Source: a virus | Taxonomy: Duplodnaviria; Caudoviricetes | Virus record (IMG/VR): IMGVR_UViG_3300010366_000003 | Location: 1 to 49,580 of that record | DNA: 49,580 bases | Reading direction: 5' to 3' (one strand) | Shown: piece after piece, positions 45,192-49,580 of the stretch | How the letters are laid out: every line of letters begins with the position of its first letter | Numbering within the stretch: position 1 is the stretch's first letter | Notes under the pieces: model-generated | Seen by the model: the letters and a program-made list of their open reading frames with translations, nothing else | Databases searched by the model: none | What the model was told of the DNA's origin: nothing | Program-made: the position numbers and the translations under genes

Positions 45192-45995
45192 ATGTCTGAA
45201 GAAACGCATTTCTGTAGAGAATGTCTACGCAAGGATCCGCCGATTGAAACGAAACTCATCGCGGATATAAACATAGTGCAAGGCCGTTACAACCGAGGCG
45301 ACTGGATTTGTGACGAATGTCTCCGAGACAAAAACCGTCAATACAGAACAAATGAAAAGAGCAAGTACGCCGAATACATGGCCCAACTACACGAGGAAAC
45401 GTCTGAGGAGCTCAGAAGGGAGTGGCAAGACCCGGCATATAGAAGACTGGGCCTCTCTGAGAGAGTGTACAAGATCTGGGACAAATACAATAGACGTGAG
45501 CCAGAGAAAGGCGTACGTAAGCAATGGATCCTCGAAGTGATAATGGAAGAGAACTGGTTTATAGATGCCGCCGGAATAGTGCAAGATTTTTACGCTGAAA
45601 ACGGCTACACCAAAACCAAGCAGCTCGTATCAAAGCCCTATTTGACAGACTTTGTCCAGTCAAATCTCTCGTTCCTGCAAGCACCATATCGTTACAGATG
45701 CGAAAATAGATGGGATGGGATAGTGGATGCAATAAACCGCGACCATGCACAGGAAGATAAACTGGTCGCGACTCCCGCCTGGGAAGATCCGACTATGAAA
45801 GAGATGGTCGACAATTGGTACCTGCTCAGTAGAGACGAAGAGAGAAAGAGACGCGAGATCGATAGGGACAACAAAAGGATAAGGAGCCACGACATAGACA
45901 AACAGGAGAGGTTTATCACAGAATACCAGAAGGCAAAGGTTGAAAAGGAGAAGGTTGCGCGATCGCAGTTGGAGGCCGAGGCGCAGAAGAAATGA
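45192..45995 (+). CDS. Zn-finger-containing early protein
   Basis: Probable ATG at 45192 (TTATTA at 45162-45167); CREC...CDEC; charged helical remainder. Confidence 0.75.
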   Translation: MSEETHFCRECLRKDPPIETKLIADINIVQGRYNRGDWICDECLRDKNRQYRTNEKSKYAEYMAQLHEETSEELRREWQDPAYRRLGLSERVYKIWDKYNRREPEKGVRKQWILEVIMEENWFIDAAGIVQDFYAENGYTKTKQLVSKPYLTDFVQSNLSFLQAPYRYRCENRWDGIVDAINRDHAQEDKLVATPAWEDPTMKEMVDNWYLLSRDEERKRREIDRDNKRIRSHDIDKQERFITEYQKAKVEKEKVARSQLEAEAQKK

Positions 45996-46729
45996 CTGGA
46001 CAGCCGAAAAGACGGTCCGAAGAGACTGCCATAGAAATAAGAGAGACTGAGAGAGAATATGATCGCTTTGTAAAGGAACGTAGAAGAGCCATAGAAATAT
46101 TGCAAAAAGAATACGAAACCATAGTATCAAAGGCAGGTGAAAAGCCCAAGAAACTTAAATACGATACGATCAAAGAGGCCGGATTTATATTAGAAAGGCT
46201 TCTGAAGGACAAGACTAGGATTTCCGCAAAGTTGAAGCGAGACTTTAAGGATGTTATACATAGATCCGTCGTTTATCAAGTCTGCAAGGACCTAAACCGA
46301 GCCTGGCAACATCCAAGACGAGAAGGCTGGGGCAATCAGTACAAAAACAAAAGAAGCGGATCCGCTCAAATTGAGCACGAAAAATCAGCTTCTTTGACTC
46401 CCGAAGAGAAAAGGTATCTTGAGGCCCATCAACGCGAGACTATACGCAATGAGCTGATAGACAAGATTGTTCAAGAATGGACAGGCGTTAACAAGAACCA
46501 GATACCCGATGTCCTAAGCCGTACGGAGAAAGGCAAACACTGGGCGCAAACTCTGCTAAAAGAAAGCACCAACTACATGAGGGACATCTGCTTCAAGATG
46601 ACGATGAGCGCGTTACACGGTACACTCGAGGACTTGAGAATTCTAGAGATCCTCAGAGCAGGATTCAGCGAAGTGGCGTTAGAAGTCTACGAGCAGAGAA
46701 AGAAAACTGAGCAGCTAGACTCCCCATAA
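45992..46729 (+). CDS. Basic helical protein, possibly HTH DNA-binding
   Basis: ATGA overlap; RISAKLKRDFKDVIHRSVVYQVC HTH-like segment; followed by a T6 tract. Confidence 0.7.
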   Translation: MTGQPKRRSEETAIEIRETEREYDRFVKERRRAIEILQKEYETIVSKAGEKPKKLKYDTIKEAGFILERLLKDKTRISAKLKRDFKDVIHRSVVYQVCKDLNRAWQHPRREGWGNQYKNKRSGSAQIEHEKSASLTPEEKRYLEAHQRETIRNELIDKIVQEWTGVNKNQIPDVLSRTEKGKHWAQTLLKESTNYMRDICFKMTMSALHGTLEDLRILEILRAGFSEVALEVYEQRKKTEQLDSP

Positions 46730-46812
46730 TCTTTTTTCACATAAAGACCCATAGATCTAAACGATAATAGACGGGAGGCCTGATATTATCACCTAGTCAA
46801 TAAGGCTTGACA

Positions 46813-47022
46813 ATGGGATTTTTAAGGCGCGCCCTGGCAAGAGTGCTCCCTTTGAGCGACAATCCGAAGCAGCAGCCGACAATCACCGCGTACAGCAGCG
46901 GGTACATTAATCAATGCATCAGATGCAAGGAAAACCGCTGCAGACCTAATCAAAGCATATGCGACGACTGCATGCACGAGATGAGCTACAATTCGCACCT
47001 GGACGTACACGGCAGCGTTTAG
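46813..47022 (+). CDS. Zn-finger microprotein
   Basis: CIRC...CDDC; ATG 46813 lies ~25-30 nt after GATATTAT. Confidence 0.6.
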   Translation: MGFLRRALARVLPLSDNPKQQPTITAYSSGYINQCIRCKENRCRPNQSICDDCMHEMSYNSHLDVHGSV

Positions 47023-47052
47023 GCGATGTCCTTAACAAGCAGCACATGGTCA

Positions 47053-47141
47053 TAATAGTCTGATCGGGCCGATTCACGGCTCAAGCGGCTGGCGTATCTA
47101 GCCGCCTCTGATGCCGCGCTTAAGAAGAACTCAAACTATTA
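47053..47141 (-). ncRNA. Candidate structured small RNA 3
   Basis: Minus-strand hairpin closed by an 11-bp stem TAATAGTTTGA/TCAGACTATTA; starts ~21-28 nt from palindromic CTTTAAAG. Confidence 0.35.
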
Positions 47142-47191
47142 CAGTAAGATTTTTAAGCAGACTTTAAAGCCTCCCGTCCTGGGCATAAACC

Positions 47192-48265
47192 ATATCGGCT
47201 CCCCAAAACACGCCAAACTCGCAGCAGAATGACATAATCGAGCAAGAGATCGACCAAATTCAGCACGATCTCATCAAGATAAGGCTAGGGGACCAGCGCA
47301 ACGTCCAGACCAGGCGTGAACTTTACCAAAAATGGGCAATCGACCTCGAAATTCTCTACGAAGCCGGCCGCGTCCCCATCGTGGAAAAAAACCAAATCTG
47401 CTCGTTCATAATTAACACGATAAAGAGGCAGCAAGCCACCATCCAGGAGTGCGAGTACGTAGCGCAATGCCTCCCCCCCGACTACAAACGTACGTACGAA
47501 ATTTACAGTACATATCCTAGCGCGCTAGCTTATGCACCGGTTCTTGAATCAAGTATAATCGTCGATAACATCTGGGCCTGCCTGAAATGGCTCGACAAGG
47601 TCGACCCGCATCACCTAACAAGGAAAGATCATCAGGAATTATACGACTCGTACAACCGCCTCTTGCACCGGCAAATGAAGGCCTGCGAAGACAGGCATAT
47701 ACAGATAACAGACGAGTTCGCCGAAGGCTGGACACCGCCCCCAAGCATATACGACGAGCCCGTGCACATGGACAAGCCGCTGCCCACTACAGGCACGGCC
47801 CTAAACGAAGAGCTAGACGCATTCGTCGAGGACGTCCTAAGCTGGCGTAAAAGCTTCGAAGAGTACGGCCCCCGCAGACTAGAGGGCGGCGAGATAGACT
47901 GGGAGTGGGTTCACAAAGGCGTCAGATTCATCAGGGCATTCAGAACACTAATCCGCCCAAGCATCGATCACAAGTGGCGCTCAGACTGGCTCATGTGGTA
48001 CAAGCACGTCAACGACACCTTGGATCACGGGCTGCACGCAAGCATGAGCCTCTCCAGAATAAGGACGAAAGTGCTGAGAACCTTCCGCGGCGTCACCCGC
48101 GAACAAATAGACGCAAAAGCAGCCGTATGCTTGAAATACTTTGGAGAATTTGCAACAAGCATGCCGGGAGGCATCGAATTCTTTGAATATTTCGCACAAT
48201 TTCACGCACCTTATAGACGCGACCTATCCGTTAAGCTTAATCCTAAATTGAGTCATCAGTCTTGA
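47192..48265 (+). CDS. Hypothetical early protein (probable ATA start, 357 aa)
   Basis: Frame open for 63 codons upstream of GTG 47381; ATA at 47192 is 24-29 nt after TTTAAA. Confidence 0.7.
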   Translation: MSAPQNTPNSQQNDIIEQEIDQIQHDLIKIRLGDQRNVQTRRELYQKWAIDLEILYEAGRVPIVEKNQICSFIINTIKRQQATIQECEYVAQCLPPDYKRTYEIYSTYPSALAYAPVLESSIIVDNIWACLKWLDKVDPHHLTRKDHQELYDSYNRLLHRQMKACEDRHIQITDEFAEGWTPPPSIYDEPVHMDKPLPTTGTALNEELDAFVEDVLSWRKSFEEYGPRRLEGGEIDWEWVHKGVRFIRAFRTLIRPSIDHKWRSDWLMWYKHVNDTLDHGLHASMSLSRIRTKVLRTFRGVTREQIDAKAAVCLKYFGEFATSMPGGIEFFEYFAQFHAPYRRDLSVKLNPKLSHQS

Positions 48266-48311
48266 ATACGTGGCACAATAGTTAATACAGACTCAGCCGC
48301 ATAACTGCCCT

Positions 48312-48752
48312 ATGGTATGGATTAGACCGGACGGATACGTGGGCTGCAACCATGACGGCAAGCAGTACCTAGAGCATCGTCTGATCATGGAAATATACCT
48401 GGGCCGCAAACTAACCAGACGGGAGCAGGTCCACCATAAGGACGGCAACAAGAAAAACAACGCCCTCGAAAACCTGCAGCTTGTGGACATAAGTGATCAT
48501 ACGGTACGCCATAACACGGGCCGCCCGAGGCCGAAATGGTGGGGTACGTCACACGTCTGCATTGACTGCGGCGGGACGGAGCACAGAGGGACCGGCTGGT
48601 CTTCTGTCAACAAGGAGCGCAAACAATGGCTTTGTGAGCGATGTCATAAAAAACGCTGGCGATACAGCCACCGGGACCGTGTCAGGGCATCAAACAAAGC
48701 ATCGTATGAGCGAAATAAGCACAAATACAAGATGGTCCGAATTAGGGCATAA
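48312..48752 (+). CDS. HNH endonuclease with C-terminal Zn ribbon
   Basis: EHRLIME..LGRKL...EQVHHKDGNKKNNALENL (HNH_3 type); CIDC...CERC; TATA TTAATA at 48282. Confidence 0.85.
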   Translation: MVWIRPDGYVGCNHDGKQYLEHRLIMEIYLGRKLTRREQVHHKDGNKKNNALENLQLVDISDHTVRHNTGRPRPKWWGTSHVCIDCGGTEHRGTGWSSVNKERKQWLCERCHKKRWRYSHRDRVRASNKASYERNKHKYKMVRIRA

Positions 48753-49250
48753 ATGGGCAAACATTCGCTCGACTTAGGCGAGAATACGCCTAGATGGATC
48801 CCGTCAATCAAGAACCCGGACAAGCCCGCCGACTACCTGAATTACGATCATTTCATAAGAGCATACCCGCATCTGGAAAAGTTTCTAACGAGGCACCAAG
48901 GCGACAGATTCGAGGATATTGATTGGTGGATGTACGTCAACGCGCCTAACGCCAAGATGGGCACAAAAAACTACAACATAGGACGCGTCCCCAAAAGCGA
49001 CGCTGCGCTCGCCGAACACCAAAGACTCTATGCTGAAAAGCTGAGACAGAAACAAACAAGCTCTGCAGCAGCAGCAATGGCAGTGGACGCCCCGGTGGCA
49101 GTAGTAGAAGACGAAGAACCGGAGCAGCAGCAGGAGGAGGAGCCCAAGGTCTGGACAACGGGCCGGCTCATTAGCGTCCAGGAGCTTTTTGACCTGATTG
49201 CTAAATTCCGCGAGTTCCTACTAGAAAAGGAAAAGGAAACACCTGATTAG
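48753..49250 (+). CDS. Hypothetical protein
   Basis: 165-aa ORF abutting the HNH and TerS genes. Confidence 0.7.
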   Translation: MGKHSLDLGENTPRWIPSIKNPDKPADYLNYDHFIRAYPHLEKFLTRHQGDRFEDIDWWMYVNAPNAKMGTKNYNIGRVPKSDAALAEHQRLYAEKLRQKQTSSAAAAMAVDAPVAVVEDEEPEQQQEEEPKVWTTGRLISVQELFDLIAKFREFLLEKEKETPD

Positions 49251-49251
49251 T

Positions 49252-49580
49252 ATGCCCATAAGATATCCCCCGCTCCAGCTCGAGCAGATAAAGTCGATAG
49301 TCGCTGAGGGTAACATCCGCCGGCTCTCGACGCTAGAGACACACAAGCGACTCGTAGACGCTGGCATTAACATCAGCGTCTCTACAGTCAAAAACTACAG
49401 GACCGATCTCAAGGCCTCAGCGCAGCAATGGGTAGGAAAACTAGCCAAGTCAAAGCGCTACGAGTACATAGCGCAGTACCGCGAACGCATCCAGGAGGTC
49501 GAGACGATACAAAAGCAGCTTTGGAGGATAATCTCAACCCAAGGCACAGGCGGCCGCACACAGGTCGAAGCATGCGGCAG
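49252..49580 (+). CDS. terS: Putative terminase small subunit, 5' part (continues across the junction to TGA at 269-271; 158 aa in total)
   Basis: ATG 49252, MPIRYPPLQLEQIKSIVAEGNIRRLSTLETHKRLVDAGINISVSTVKNYRTD (HTH-like) then a helical region; directly upstream of TerL; absent from the ORF track. Confidence 0.7.
   Translation, partial: MPIRYPPLQLEQIKSIVAEGNIRRLSTLETHKRLVDAGINISVSTVKNYRTDLKASAQQWVGKLAKSKRYEYIAQYRERIQEVETIQKQLWRIISTQGTGGRTQVEACG
49458..49580. repeat. Terminal direct repeat, right copy
   Basis: Identical to 1-123. Confidence 0.97.

Noticed and set aside
44882-45199. 105-aa ORF and the TTG-45096 extension of the next gene
   Set aside because: Atypical composition, overlap with structured and repeat DNA, and a TATA box that points to ATG 45192 as the true start
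1-49580. Auxiliary metabolic genes reported from AOA viruses, such as amoC or multicopper oxidase
   Set aside because: No ORF shows the corresponding motifs

Overview
This is very probably the complete, circularly permuted genome (about 49,457 bp unique; bases 49458-49580 repeat bases 1-123) of a tailed dsDNA virus (Caudoviricetes, siphovirus-like) of an archaeon, most likely a Nitrososphaerota/Nitrososphaeraceae ammonia oxidiser. The host call is inferred from archaeal TATA boxes 24-31 nt upstream of leaderless genes, oligo-T terminators, an archaeal winged-helix regulator, many Zn-ribbon microproteins, and a Zn-finger, an Ig-like domain and a carbohydrate-binding domain that I recall from Nitrososphaerota; none was checked by search. 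Gene order: TerS (across the junction), TerL, small head proteins, portal, split MuF, two fibre paralogues and two beta-helix paralogues, Mu gpI-like protease/scaffold, decoration protein, HK97-fold capsid, an opposite-strand cassette (GT2, head-tail adaptor, tail terminator, membrane protein), tail tube, tail chaperone with a CCCAAAC -1 frameshift, HK97 gp10-like protein, tape measure, hub/baseplate, a roughly 12 kb block of paralogous carbohydrate-binding proteins, and an early region of regulators, nucleases and microproteins. I found no polymerase, helicase, primase, integrase, reverse transcriptase or CRISPR array. The most interesting signals are: three structured non-coding elements, each positioned at the expected start site of a TATA box with no start codon (one contains a tRNA-elbow-like module); an ORB-like box beside AT-rich repeats in a genome with no recognisable replication genes; a circularly permuted Phi-1/EXORDIUM-like domain in one intact and one degenerate copy; a secreted protein with 17 N-glycosylation sequons; recurring A-A/N-A-S motifs that may be maturation sites; and a probable ATA start codon. 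All family assignments come from motif recognition by eye.
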